A stretch of DNA of 64,000 nucleotides from a virus. Taxonomy: Duplodnaviria > Heunggongvirae > Uroviricota > Caudoviricetes. Of this stretch, positions 39,372 through 48,797 are shown piece by piece; within the stretch, counting starts at the first letter, position 1; each line of letters opens with the position of its first letter. The translations under genes were made by a program, and so were the position numbers. The stretch is taken from positions 64,001 through 128,000 of IMG/VR virus record IMGVR_UViG_3300009709_000002. One strand, given 5' to 3'. The notes beneath the pieces are model-generated. The model was not told where the DNA came from. It searched no databases and saw nothing but the letters and a program-made list of their open reading frames with translations.

Positions 39372-39641
39372 TCACGGTTGAGGCCAAAATGCATCAAGAA
39401 GTGCCCAATCACTAGGACGTTTCCAGTTCAAGATCATCCCGGTGTTGAGATCGATCTCTAGCTCTACATCATCACTACCACCAATACCTAGATCAGATGG
39501 AACGTAGCCTTCAGTTTCCGCGATGATATTTCCATCAGCATCTTTTGCAAACGCGACGAAACGATCATCACAGTGCGCCTGAAACTTCAAGCGCACTATC
39601 TTCTTCATATCAGCTGATTCCTGAGTAGTCAAAGCTTCCAT
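39372..39641 (-). CDS. Hypothetical protein
   Basis: EGYVP..GGSDDVELEID..G.ILNW pattern. Confidence 0.6.
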   Translation of the reverse strand: MEALTTQESADMKKIVRLKFQAHCDDRFVAFAKDADGNIIAETEGYVPSDLGIGGSDDVELEIDLNTGMILNWKRPSDWALLDAFWPQP

Positions 39642-39643
39642 TC

Positions 39644-40267
39644 TTACTCCGTGTAGTAACGACCTTCGCGCCAGTCTTTGAGGACTCGGCTGTGTTGGTT
39701 GACGATCTTTGAAGCAAGAAATTCCATCTGGTCCGTCTTGATGTTACGGCTCTTCAAGATCATCGCTTCTGCCTTACATGGAACGTATGGAACGTAGAGC
39801 GGATCCATCGTCTTGGTGCCGAACGGGCTGAATAGATTTCCGCTCAACTTTTCGCCAGGCATCAAGTCATCTTTCAAGTTGTTACAGCCCTTGCAAGCCG
39901 TGACAACGTTCGTCCACTTGTCCTTACCACCCTTTGACTGTGGGTGAATGTGGTCACGCGTCAGTTCCGTAGAACGGAACATTCTTCCGCAGTAAGCACA
40001 GACGTTACGGTCACGAGCAAAGAGAGCCTGGTTCGTTAGCGCAGGTTCACGGTAACGACGTGGGTTCGGAGCTCCATCAACCAAAATGATGCTGCTCGTC
40101 TTAAGAGTTGACTGTTCACCATGGTTGTTGTGGCCACCACGGTAGATGAACATGTCTTCGCCAAAATGCTGCGTGACGAGGTTCTTTGCTTCCAAAATCA
40201 TAGCATCCTGGATGCTAATCCACATGTGTGGTTGGAAGTTTGCGTCTAATGTAAGGATCGCGGTCAT
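39644..40267 (-). CDS. HNH endonuclease (McrA-like)
   Basis: LFARDRNVCAYCG..TRDHIHPQSKGG..WTNVVTACKGCNNLK. Confidence 0.9.
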   Translation of the reverse strand: MTAILTLDANFQPHMWISIQDAMILEAKNLVTQHFGEDMFIYRGGHNNHGEQSTLKTSSIILVDGAPNPRRYREPALTNQALFARDRNVCAYCGRMFRSTELTRDHIHPQSKGGKDKWTNVVTACKGCNNLKDDLMPGEKLSGNLFSPFGTKTMDPLYVPYVPCKAEAMILKSRNIKTDQMEFLASKIVNQHSRVLKDWREGRYYTE

Positions 40268-40335
40268 GCGGGCCTCTCTTTCTCATTATAGTTTTGACCA
40301 CTTTTAGTCAAAATATGGTTGCTGCGACCATATTT

Positions 40336-40364
40336 ATTTTACTACACAACCGCACGCATGTAAA
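40336..40364 (-). promoter_or_regulatory. Sigma70-like promoter overlapping a late motif
   Basis: TTTACA-N17-TAAAAT; ATAAATA at 40331-40337. Confidence 0.65.
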
Positions 40365-40411
40365 ATAAAAGGCCGCTAATTAGCGGCCTTTGCACTGTGA
40401 CGAAGTTTTCG

Positions 40412-41221
40412 TCAGTGTGTTATCTTTGGCCGCACGGCATCGATAATTTCCTGCACCGATGCATCTGTTCCGAGCTTTTCAGCATCCTCATCAGGAATCT
40501 CAAAGCCAAACTCGTCTTCAAGAGCCATGGTGAGCTCGACAGCGTCGAGAGAATCACCGTCATAATCAGAGCACAGTCGATCCGTTAGGTTGACCGCTGC
40601 TCGGCTTACTCCGTACTGCTCGGAGATTACCTGGATGATGCGATTTGCAACCGCATCGGTCGTACACGCCGGTGTAGCCTTCAAAACCTGAACCTTTGCA
40701 ACTTCAGGAATGAAAAATTCACGGCGTTGTTGCTTCGACATTCGCTTCAGCATCGAAAACACCGTCGCTGTGCGAGCTGCCTTGATGCGAACGCTCGAGT
40801 TATTCACTTCCGCGATGTACGTTCCATTGCGGTCATACAGTGAATTCGGGTGCTCGCCAGGCTTGCTGCCAGTACGAACGATCGCGGCGAAGTTGCCGTT
40901 ATCGAAGACGTACACTTTTGGATTGCGAGGAATTCTCACCTTCTTCGACTTTGTCGTAGTCGGATAAGGCGCAGGCTTCACGTTGGTCGGTCCTGTACCA
41001 GTCGGAAACGGCCATGTCGCTCCAACGACTGTCTTTGCAGACAGCGTAACAGTTGCCGGCTTTTTGCCGGCGATCAAGTCTTCAATCTTGTCGAAGGCTT
41101 TAGCGCGCAGTGCTTTCAAGATTTCATCGAAGAGAGCGTGGGTTTTAGCCACGGTCTTCTGCACACCGTTGATGAAAATCTGAAGACCTGCGGAGTCTTC
41201 CATGAAGTAAATAGGCTTCAA
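40412..41221 (-). CDS. Protein with C-terminal acyl carrier protein domain
   Basis: GDSLDAVELTMALEDEFGFEIPDEDAEK..VQEIID ACP signature. Confidence 0.85.
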   Translation of the reverse strand: MKPIYFMEDSAGLQIFINGVQKTVAKTHALFDEILKALRAKAFDKIEDLIAGKKPATVTLSAKTVVGATWPFPTGTGPTNVKPAPYPTTTKSKKVRIPRNPKVYVFDNGNFAAIVRTGSKPGEHPNSLYDRNGTYIAEVNNSSVRIKAARTATVFSMLKRMSKQQRREFFIPEVAKVQVLKATPACTTDAVANRIIQVISEQYGVSRAAVNLTDRLCSDYDGDSLDAVELTMALEDEFGFEIPDEDAEKLGTDASVQEIIDAVRPKITH

Positions 41222-41290
41222 GATAGCTCCAAGTGGGAGGTTAGTTTACTTGAGATATTCTAATACAACCAGAGATGATTGTAAACTAAT

Positions 41291-41773
41291 TTATGCTTGA
41301 ATTGCGTTAGTCTGCTTTGCGACAGGTTTTTGCTGGTCAGCGTGATGGTCGAGATCGAAGCCACAAACAGCGGTGAGTTCTTTCTGAGTGAGAGTGTCTT
41401 TCAAAGGCGTGGCCAGAGCGGTGGAGTTGATCTCGCCGATCGTGTTCAAGTCATCATCCAACAGTTCGCCGGTGACGATTCGAGATTTCTTCAGCTTGCA
41501 ATCAAACTGCATTGACCGCAAAACTTGCTTGACTTCTTTGCCGCTTGCCGCGGTGGTGCTTTCAAACTCCTTCGCAGGAGCCTTGAGCACGTTTACCAGC
41601 ACAGCTATTCGATTGTTCTTGTCATCTTCTGCTGCATAGCTGATGGTGTCGTTATCCAAGATCAGAATGGTCTGGTCGGTCTCGCCAACCAAGAGCCAAT
41701 CTGCTTGGCACGGCACCGCGCTAAGAAATCCCAACAACAGCGCGGTGAAGTGAATGAATCTCATGCACCACAT
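41291..41773 (-). CDS. Secreted/periplasmic protein
   Basis: Signal-peptide-like N-terminus; FDC..VC cysteine pair. Confidence 0.6.
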   Translation of the reverse strand: MWCMRFIHFTALLLGFLSAVPCQADWLLVGETDQTILILDNDTISYAAEDDKNNRIAVLVNVLKAPAKEFESTTAASGKEVKQVLRSMQFDCKLKKSRIVTGELLDDDLNTIGEINSTALATPLKDTLTQKELTAVCGFDLDHHADQQKPVAKQTNAIQA

Positions 41774-41976
41774 CCATACTTGACTACGAGCTCAGTGAGC
41801 GCAGCCTGTGCATTGACGATTTCAATCTCGTTCGTTTGAGCAAACGTGAGCACTCGGCTCATTGCGTCAACGATTAGGATCTCAGTGAGATCCTCTTCAG
41901 CGACGAGCTTACAGTGAACTACGTTGCGGCCAAACAGATACTTGACGTGTACTTGTACAATCTTTGCTTTTTTCAT
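41761..41976 (-). CDS. Hypothetical protein
   Basis: 71 aa in operon. Confidence 0.55.
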   Translation of the reverse strand: MKKAKIVQVHVKYLFGRNVVHCKLVAEEDLTEILIVDAMSRVLTFAQTNEIEIVNAQAALTELVVKYGCGA

Positions 41977-41979
41977 TTG

Positions 41980-42744
41980 CTATATGCTTTTCAAGACTTG
42001 AACCAGGCGATCTTTATGTGCTTCCCAGTCCAATTTTATTGCTTTTTGCTTAGCCCAGTCTGTGTGCCAAACCACGCCATTAAGAAACTGGCGATTTCCT
42101 TCTGCCCACTCCGTCATCGTGTACGTTGCGTTCCGCTGCAGCTCTACCTCTGTCTTCAAGCCGAGATACGACTTGATCAGCTTGCTTTCAGAGCCTTCAT
42201 AGGCCTGCATCAGGTCAGCGTCACGAATGATCTTTTCAACGTGATCAACAGGGCCGCGAACGTATGGATATTGCGTTACATCAACCACGCGCTCTGTAAC
42301 CTTGTATTCCCAGTCACTGATAGCTTCATCAGTGTACTTGCACATATTTATGACAGCCGCGAGAAATTCCTTCGCTCGACGTACGTTCTCCGCATCGTCG
42401 AAATTACCGCCGGTGTGCTTGGCATCATGGCAGATACCGCCGAGAACGAGCGGGCGCCAGTACTCAGACGGAATGTCTTCGAACACCGCACCTTCGAAGA
42501 CGTTAGCGACGAGGCACTCGGTGTGGTAGAGGTTGTGGTACGGTAGGTTGGCCGATGGGTTGAACTGTTTGAACAGCGCCCATGGGATTTCCAACTTCAG
42601 CTTGTGAACGATCAAATCCGCCGCGAGGTTGAAGTTCATAAGCGTCAACTCGTCCAGATGATCATTGAACATGTCAGCTGACGCTTCACGAGCCGAGCTG
42701 TTTGGAAAATGCATCCGGAATTTTTCATTACCCATGATATTCAC
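41980..42744 (-). CDS. HD/PDEase-like phosphohydrolase
   Basis: PYHNLYH..CHDAKH..IRDADL. Confidence 0.8.
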   Translation of the reverse strand: MNIMGNEKFRMHFPNSSAREASADMFNDHLDELTLMNFNLAADLIVHKLKLEIPWALFKQFNPSANLPYHNLYHTECLVANVFEGAVFEDIPSEYWRPLVLGGICHDAKHTGGNFDDAENVRRAKEFLAAVINMCKYTDEAISDWEYKVTERVVDVTQYPYVRGPVDHVEKIIRDADLMQAYEGSESKLIKSYLGLKTEVELQRNATYTMTEWAEGNRQFLNGVVWHTDWAKQKAIKLDWEAHKDRLVQVLKSI

Positions 42745-43183
42745 CTCTCTTCAGTTTGTCGTGTAGGATTCGTTCCTCTTCACCCTTCTTCCAATTACAA
42801 GGACCGCACATCGTCGTGGTGTTCGACAGATTGTCCAGCCCACCCAAGCAACGCGCAATGACGTGATCATGCGTGAACAGCAAGTCATTGCCTTCTTTGT
42901 CATAACCCCACATGTTCAGGTGGTAATGGCCATCTTTTGAAGCCGTGTACATGTCTCGCTCGATAGCAAAGTATGACGCCGAACAACCACACGTCTTGCA
43001 AGTGATGCCATGGCGGGCGAACGTGCGGAGCCGCAGTGACGTCACATGCACAGCTTTGCCACTGACATAACGACGTTCTGCTTTTCGCGGGGCGTCCATG
43101 TCAGCATGAATGAGCGGCATAACCACGTCGAGGCTCACCGTACCAAAGCGGTCATAACGAGGAGTCTTGTTCAGGTCAGTCAT
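42728..43183 (-). CDS. HNH endonuclease-like protein
   Basis: CKTCG..THDHVIARCLGG..N..MCGPCNWKK. Confidence 0.8.
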   Translation of the reverse strand: MTDLNKTPRYDRFGTVSLDVVMPLIHADMDAPRKAERRYVSGKAVHVTSLRLRTFARHGITCKTCGCSASYFAIERDMYTASKDGHYHLNMWGYDKEGNDLLFTHDHVIARCLGGLDNLSNTTTMCGPCNWKKGEEERILHDKLKRGEYHG

Positions 43184-43833
43184 ATCATTTCCATCGAGAA
43201 CTTGTTGTTGAGCTGTGCTGCTAGGTCCGTCCTTTGCAGCTCCATGATCATGTCGATGTTTCCTCTAGCATCGGAAAAACCAGCTTCAACTAAGAGCTCA
43301 AAATAGCCGCGAAAGATCTCTAGCATCGCCAGGAATGCCCACTCGAAGATACCTGGAGCGGACGTTTCAGAGTTTCCTGCAATGTTCAAGATCAGCGGAC
43401 GATCAAGCTCTTTAGCTGCTGAGAAAATCCAACCAGAAACATCCGATGCAACATAATCCCAGATTGGAACGGCAGGATTATGTTGCATCGGATGCTTGTG
43501 AGCACGCGGGTCAATCGTGTAAGATGACTTATTGTGCTTTTGAATCGCGTTGAGGGTAAGCTTCGTACCGCTCGAGTTGATCTTTTGCGCGATGATCAAT
43601 GTCTGATCAGCAGCTACTACGTTCTCGATAGTTCGGCCGTAGTAGGAAGAGTTCGACTCAACTAGATCGAAGAAACTTCCCAGCTCCGGCCGAGCGCCGA
43701 TCATGGTGCGCCAAAATTTCGGCGCTTTTCCACCGGTCGGAATGCCAGCGACCTTGGCAGCCCATAGCCCTGCGAGGTCGACACCAGTCTGACCGCCGGA
43801 GATAACTTTGAGTTGATTGAGGCCGATGGACAT
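43180..43833 (-). CDS. SLOG superfamily (putative molybdenum carrier / YpsA-like) protein
   Basis: VISGGQTGVDLAGL..PTGG.AP..RT..NV..LNIAGN. Confidence 0.8.
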   Translation of the reverse strand: MSIGLNQLKVISGGQTGVDLAGLWAAKVAGIPTGGKAPKFWRTMIGARPELGSFFDLVESNSSYYGRTIENVVAADQTLIIAQKINSSGTKLTLNAIQKHNKSSYTIDPRAHKHPMQHNPAVPIWDYVASDVSGWIFSAAKELDRPLILNIAGNSETSAPGIFEWAFLAMLEIFRGYFELLVEAGFSDARGNIDMIMELQRTDLAAQLNNKFSMEMI

Positions 43834-43835
43834 GA

Positions 43836-44327
43836 TTACGCAGCTACTTCTTCAGTTTTGGTGAACACCGTGCCGGCCGGATAACCGGACGCAAGCTGGT
43901 CTACTACCGGCTCGTCGACGACGGACGGATCTTCATACTTCTTCATGTGGCCGTGAATCGTGCCGCCGCTTTCCAGTGCAATGTCGGTGTATTCGACATC
44001 ACCGATGATCGAGCCGCCCGTCTTCACGATCAGCTGTTTCTTCGCGACGACGTGGCCGCGAACGTAGCCTGCCACTATGACGAAATCTGCATCGAGGATG
44101 TCGCCGTTGATGATGCCACCCGCGCCGACAATAACCGCATGCGGCTTCTTGTCTTGGCGCAGCGGCACCATGTCACCATCGCAGACCCCATCAACGCGGA
44201 TGGTATTTGCGTAGACGACGCCATGAATTCGTGTGAGTTTACCGATGAGCGTGTCGAAGCGGTCCGGATTGAAGCCGTTGAACATACCAGCCAAGGCGCG
44301 CGGTTTCAGGGTTGCACGAAATTTCAT
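43836..44327 (-). CDS. Bactofilin (polymer-forming cytoskeletal protein)
   Basis: TLIG..I.G..IRVDG..G.INGDI.A..VIVAG.VRG.V.A..L..GSIIGDVEY..IALESG beta-helix. Confidence 0.85.
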   Translation of the reverse strand: MKFRATLKPRALAGMFNGFNPDRFDTLIGKLTRIHGVVYANTIRVDGVCDGDMVPLRQDKKPHAVIVGAGGIINGDILDADFVIVAGYVRGHVVAKKQLIVKTGGSIIGDVEYTDIALESGGTIHGHMKKYEDPSVVDEPVVDQLASGYPAGTVFTKTEEVAA

Positions 44328-44415
44328 GTTGAACCTCTTATTTGTTAAGATATGTAAATTTTAACATACAAAAGATCAAAAGTAAATAGAATAGCACCGG
44401 AGAGTAGGCTAAACC

Positions 44416-44422
44416 ATAAATA
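44416..44422 (+). promoter_or_regulatory. Late promoter motif ATAAATA
   Basis: Precedes the only + strand operon in the accessory region; divergent from promoter 44358-44386. Confidence 0.6.
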
Positions 44423-44485
44423 TTCTTCAATAAAGAATAAAACTAGCACGCACTATGCACTAAATGTATTACAATTCGCGAGGTT

Positions 44486-44785
44486 ATGGGACACATGATG
44501 GACCAGCTCACACTCTTACTAAAACCAATCCTTGCAGGATCAAGTCCAGCAATCACGGCAATACTTATCATATTGCTAGGTGTTGTTGGGTGGATTGCAT
44601 ATCAGCGCGACAAGCACTATCGTGAGACATTTGCAACGCTCACAGACAAGTTTCAAAAGCAAATCGAAGGTGACCGTAGAGATTTGTTGGGGGTTATTGA
44701 GAAGTACCAACAAGGTCAAATTAGCATCATTCAAGCGATTAACGAGATCCGGGTGTTGATCGCCACGATTAGCGGAAAGCTCTAA
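44486..44785 (+). CDS. Single-TM coiled-coil protein (holin-like)
   Basis: GAGG SD; TM segment AITAILIILLGVVGWIAY then amphipathic helix. Confidence 0.65.
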   Translation: MGHMMDQLTLLLKPILAGSSPAITAILIILLGVVGWIAYQRDKHYRETFATLTDKFQKQIEGDRRDLLGVIEKYQQGQISIIQAINEIRVLIATISGKL

Positions 44786-44812
44786 TCAACCGTCCAACCG
44801 AAGGAGTTAGAT

Positions 44813-45469
44813 GTGCTAACAAATCTTTTAAAGCGTTCGAAGTTCAAGTTTGGCAAGAACGCAAAAGCAACTGAGGAAAAGCTGGTTGAAACTGCAAAGA
44901 ATTTGCTGGGTCAACGTGATGAGATTGAAAAACAACTCATCGAAGCCGACAAGCTCAATGATGAACTGTCTTGTGTCGTTAAAGAGACACAAGACATTTC
45001 TAATGAGCTAATTTACAAACTTGATCACGAGCTTAGCTTAGCCAAGCGACAGCTCGACTCCGTCTCTAAATCACTAGCCGATGGGTTGATCTTCTTAGAC
45101 CACCTCGGTAGAATCCTACACTTCAACCAAGCTGCTGAAGCTATGCTAGGCGTGCTCGCCGGAGATGTGCTAGGGGAGAACGTTATCAATCTTTTCAGTC
45201 CGTTGAACGCTTCACTTGACAATAAAACTCTTCCTGAAGCTGCAATCGCTCGCTGCTCAAGACGCATTTTCAGCAAGCTCAAAGCCGGTGAATCAATTGA
45301 TGGAGAAAATGTAGGCAATGTCACTCGTCTTGGAAAGAGTTCAATCATCGAGACCCAAACACCAAACGGTCCACACAAGTTCAACTTGACGTTGAACATA
45401 CTTGAACCAAATCCAAGAAAGTCGACTGACGTAAGTTACGTCTGCATCTTCAAGCCTCTGTTCGCTTAA
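44813..45469 (+). CDS. Coiled-coil plus PAS domain protein
   Basis: AAGGAG SD; SLADGLIFLDHLGRILHFNQAAEAMLG..VLGENV PAS signature. Confidence 0.8.
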   Translation: MLTNLLKRSKFKFGKNAKATEEKLVETAKNLLGQRDEIEKQLIEADKLNDELSCVVKETQDISNELIYKLDHELSLAKRQLDSVSKSLADGLIFLDHLGRILHFNQAAEAMLGVLAGDVLGENVINLFSPLNASLDNKTLPEAAIARCSRRIFSKLKAGESIDGENVGNVTRLGKSSIIETQTPNGPHKFNLTLNILEPNPRKSTDVSYVCIFKPLFA

Positions 45470-45523
45470 AGATGGCCAAAAGAAAGGGAGACTAGGCTCC
45501 CTTGTTCTTATCTCTGACGAGAT

Positions 45524-47146
45524 TTATTCTGCGTCAGCGTCTTGTGTCACCGGTTTTACCTGCAAAGACGGAATGGTTCCCGCCATCAGCTCGTGAATGA
45601 TAGAATCACCACGACGAGTAAAGTCAACGTAGTCAAAGATTTTCGGTGAGAAGCCTGCCAATTGCATCCAGCCATCACGTGAATCGAGCGGCGTTGACTT
45701 GCCAGAGTCGATATTCACCGCGATCAGCACGGTGCCTTTCTCAAATTGCTTCGTGAAGCTTGGCGAGACGTCCAACTTCTGGTGGTAATAACCACTAACA
45801 CGATTCACTTCCATGTCAGACAGAATAACCACAGTGTCTGGTTCAAATCCAAGATGACCTTTCAGGTTCAACGCCGCAGCGATGTTGGTACCACCGCCCT
45901 TGACCTTTTCCATGATCTGTTTGTACAGTGACATGATCGAGTCATTCGGATTGAGACCTTTCAGGTGCTCTGCCATGTTCGAGAACTGCGTCAGCATGAA
46001 TGTTTCAGCGTTCTTTGCTGACTTGACCAACGCAGCTGCAAAGATCGCAGCGATCTTTGCTGGCGAGTTGTTTTCATGCGAACGATCCAGCTTACCAACT
46101 CCTGGTACACGATGATAGGCAAAATTCAACATTGAGCCAGACGTGTCCATGATGATCCACGGGCGTTGACCGATAGCTTGCAAATTGCCGATTGACGAAT
46201 CAGCTGCTAGCGAGATCGCCGTCAAGAAGTATTGCGGCAAGCCAGCTGTTTGAGCAGCTTCATACGCGGCAATGAATGCCCACGGAAGTTGCTTTGACTT
46301 AGCTACTTGAGCTGGATCTGAAATTCGTGCAAGAACACCATCCACGATAGCCTTATCAACACCAGCTTGGTGAATGTTACGCAGGTTACGAAGCAAAGCC
46401 ATGTAACCAACTTCACCGCTACCACGACGAGAAAGCAGCTGTTCCCAAAGCGCCTTATCAGAAAGACGTTCTTCCGCAGGCTTCTGGCCGTTTGCTGACA
46501 GCTCCACTTCCCACGTGTACGGCGCTTCGAGAGTTTCTGTCATGATCTTCTGGAAGATCGCTGCACGAGCTTCATCACGAGGCGTCGGGTGAGTAACACG
46601 GAGCAAATCCTTGAACTTCAAGGCGCCGTCGCGGTTGTACTTTCCGAACTGATAAGCGTCAAATTTGCTGAATGAGTCAGCTACGCCCTTCTTGATCGCC
46701 ATTGGAATGGCTTTCTTGTCACCAAACACCGTCAGTGCATAAGCATACAAATCGGTGAGCTGGTCTGCGCGTTGAATTACATCCGAAACGAGATTACGCA
46801 TTCCAGACACGTGTAGCTTAGCTTCACGAAGCACCGCCGCGAGCTCAACAACCATGATGATCGGCATCGTGCGGATGTTCATGTTGCTGCGAGCGAATAG
46901 TGCTACTCGGCCAGCGAATTCAGCGCCGATCTCACCATTTTGGGCTACGAGCTGCTTCAAAGCCAGCTTCATGCGGTCTACACGCTCATCAGAGCCTTCA
47001 TAGAATCCATCTCTGCCGTACATCGTTGCGACAACCGTTTCGAACAGGACATGCGTAGGCCCCTTCACGAATTGAAGGTTGCCATTGTGTGACAATGCTA
47101 CTTCACGAACTTGCACTTCTTGATTCTTTGGATTCAATTTCGACAT
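45524..47146 (-). CDS. Ro60/Rsr-like TROVE-vWA ribonucleoprotein
   Basis: FDAYQFGKY, KDLLRVTHP, TWEVELS, YMALLRNLRNI, QLPW, MIDAS DTSGSM, GGT, ILSDME. Confidence 0.9.
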   Translation of the reverse strand: MSKLNPKNQEVQVREVALSHNGNLQFVKGPTHVLFETVVATMYGRDGFYEGSDERVDRMKLALKQLVAQNGEIGAEFAGRVALFARSNMNIRTMPIIMVVELAAVLREAKLHVSGMRNLVSDVIQRADQLTDLYAYALTVFGDKKAIPMAIKKGVADSFSKFDAYQFGKYNRDGALKFKDLLRVTHPTPRDEARAAIFQKIMTETLEAPYTWEVELSANGQKPAEERLSDKALWEQLLSRRGSGEVGYMALLRNLRNIHQAGVDKAIVDGVLARISDPAQVAKSKQLPWAFIAAYEAAQTAGLPQYFLTAISLAADSSIGNLQAIGQRPWIIMDTSGSMLNFAYHRVPGVGKLDRSHENNSPAKIAAIFAAALVKSAKNAETFMLTQFSNMAEHLKGLNPNDSIMSLYKQIMEKVKGGGTNIAAALNLKGHLGFEPDTVVILSDMEVNRVSGYYHQKLDVSPSFTKQFEKGTVLIAVNIDSGKSTPLDSRDGWMQLAGFSPKIFDYVDFTRRGDSIIHELMAGTIPSLQVKPVTQDADAE

Positions 47147-47198
47147 TCTGTTGCAGCTCCTCGTTGTTAATGATGTGGAGAGTTTTATTTGATAAGAA

Positions 47199-47227
47199 AT
47201 TGTATCACTTTTGAATCAAGAAGTAAA
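47199..47227 (-). promoter_or_regulatory. Sigma70-like promoter of the TROVE gene
   Basis: TTTACT-N17-TACAAT. Confidence 0.7.
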
Positions 47228-47247
47228 ATTCTTTTCTAAAAGAACAA

Positions 47248-47275
47248 TGGTGATAGACCTTTCGATCTATCACCA
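47248..47275 (-). terminator. Intrinsic terminator
   Basis: TGGTGATAGA/TCTATCACCA stem followed by TTGTTCTTTT on - strand. Confidence 0.7.
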
Positions 47276-47319
47276 CTGGATGCAGGTTAGATTTGCTAAC
47301 CTACCCGGCAAGCTGCAGG

Positions 47320-47874
47320 TTAGTGCAGATTTGCCTTGCTTTCGTCGGCGGCGCCAGCTTCGGCTTCCTTCGCGACCTCGGCTTCCTTCGGCAGATCGCC
47401 GGCGGCGTGCACGATGGCCTTGATGATGCGATCGAAGGATTGCGCGACTTTGGCCGGCGGCGCATCTCGGAACAGCGGCATCAGCGTCTTCAGTGCATTC
47501 TCGACGCGCTTGTTGTGCGGCTGGCCGGCCGAAGCGAACGATTCGTCGAGCAGAGCCTGACGAGCGTTTTGCTGGCCTTGACGGCGGCTCATGCGGAAGT
47601 TGTTTCGCGCTTCGTTCCACTTGTCGGCTTGGAACACCCGGGTGACCGTCATCTTTTCCTTCTTCAGGGCCTTGTTCAGGTCTCGGCCGGTCTTGTCTCC
47701 GCCGACCTGCTTCCAGGTGGCTTCGTCAACGACGGAACCGTTAGGCCCGAGGACCACGGTCATGTAGAAGTCACGGCGAACAGGACGTTCTGCTGCCACC
47801 GAGGGATGGTTGCCGTTGCTGCCTGCGGTCGTTTGATCGTTCGATTCTGCAGTCGTTTGCGTGTTGGCGGTCAT
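47320..47874 (-). CDS. Hypothetical protein (GC-rich gene)
   Basis: AAGGAG SD, promoter TTTACT-N17-TACTAT at 47981-48009, own terminator. Confidence 0.7.
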   Translation of the reverse strand: MTANTQTTAESNDQTTAGSNGNHPSVAAERPVRRDFYMTVVLGPNGSVVDEATWKQVGGDKTGRDLNKALKKEKMTVTRVFQADKWNEARNNFRMSRRQGQQNARQALLDESFASAGQPHNKRVENALKTLMPLFRDAPPAKVAQSFDRIIKAIVHAAGDLPKEAEVAKEAEAGAADESKANLH

Positions 47875-48110
47875 GGTGATGCTCCTTTCAGGGTTGTTTT
47901 GGGTGCACGAGCCCGGATTGTTGTGCAGTTGAATTATCTTCCAACTTTATTCGGTTTCCTTGTTTGGTTACCGTAAGTATATAGTATCACACAGCTCTTC
48001 AAAAGTAAACAACAAAATCCACAAAAATGTGGTAATTTTTTGTTAATGATTGATTATACTTTTTGGAAACTCTTGGCTACGGAAGATGTAGCCAAGAGTG
48101 AAGAATTACA

Positions 48111-48557
48111 CTACTTCTCGTTATTTGATGAAATTCCAGATGTCATTGCTGGGTTATATGAGACGAGACCTGGTATGCTCATCTCTAATGCGGCGAGACG
48201 CTCGCGAATGTTTTCGCGAAACCCATACACTTCTGGGTGCTGCATTTCATGAAGGATTTCATGAAGAACACCCTTATCGGAGAGAACGTCATCCGCCGGG
48301 TCAATTACTCCCGCTTTGCTTGCAATCCAGGAGTAGTACGTGAGAGTGTGAACGCACTGAATCAACTCTCGAAGTACGTACTGTGCCGACGGCAGAGGGT
48401 GTGGTGTGAAATCTTTATCCTCAACGTGTTCACCGAGGATTTGCTCCCCGATGTTGCGTTGCTTGACCATTTTAACTGCAGCTTCTTTATCTTGAGCATA
48501 AATGAACGAACTGTAGCGCGTCGCGCCCTGTTCGTAAATTGCAGAAAAATACTTCAT
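48111..48557 (-). CDS. Hypothetical protein
   Basis: 148 aa on the coding strand. Confidence 0.6.
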   Translation of the reverse strand: MKYFSAIYEQGATRYSSFIYAQDKEAAVKMVKQRNIGEQILGEHVEDKDFTPHPLPSAQYVLRELIQCVHTLTYYSWIASKAGVIDPADDVLSDKGVLHEILHEMQHPEVYGFRENIRERLAALEMSIPGLVSYNPAMTSGISSNNEK

Positions 48558-48797
48558 GGCTTACAAACCTTGAGACCCGTAGGACTCTGTGCGTTTTTTA
48601 TTTGGTACATCATCCGGTCCAACCTACCTTGCCTGTTGATCAGAGGCAACCTCCATATAGAAGCCCAGTCCTGGACGATGGATACATTATATTACAATTG
48701 CCAATGTAAAAGAAATATAAAAAGATAAGTTTTTACATACGAGCGTTCATCACTAGCGCAATAGGTAAAACTTTCCTATTGCGCCTGAGAAGAAAGC

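Noticed and set aside
47147-47320. Y RNA adjacent to the Ro60 gene
   Set aside because: The space is accounted for by a promoter and the upstream gene's terminator; no T-loop or Ro-binding helix seen.
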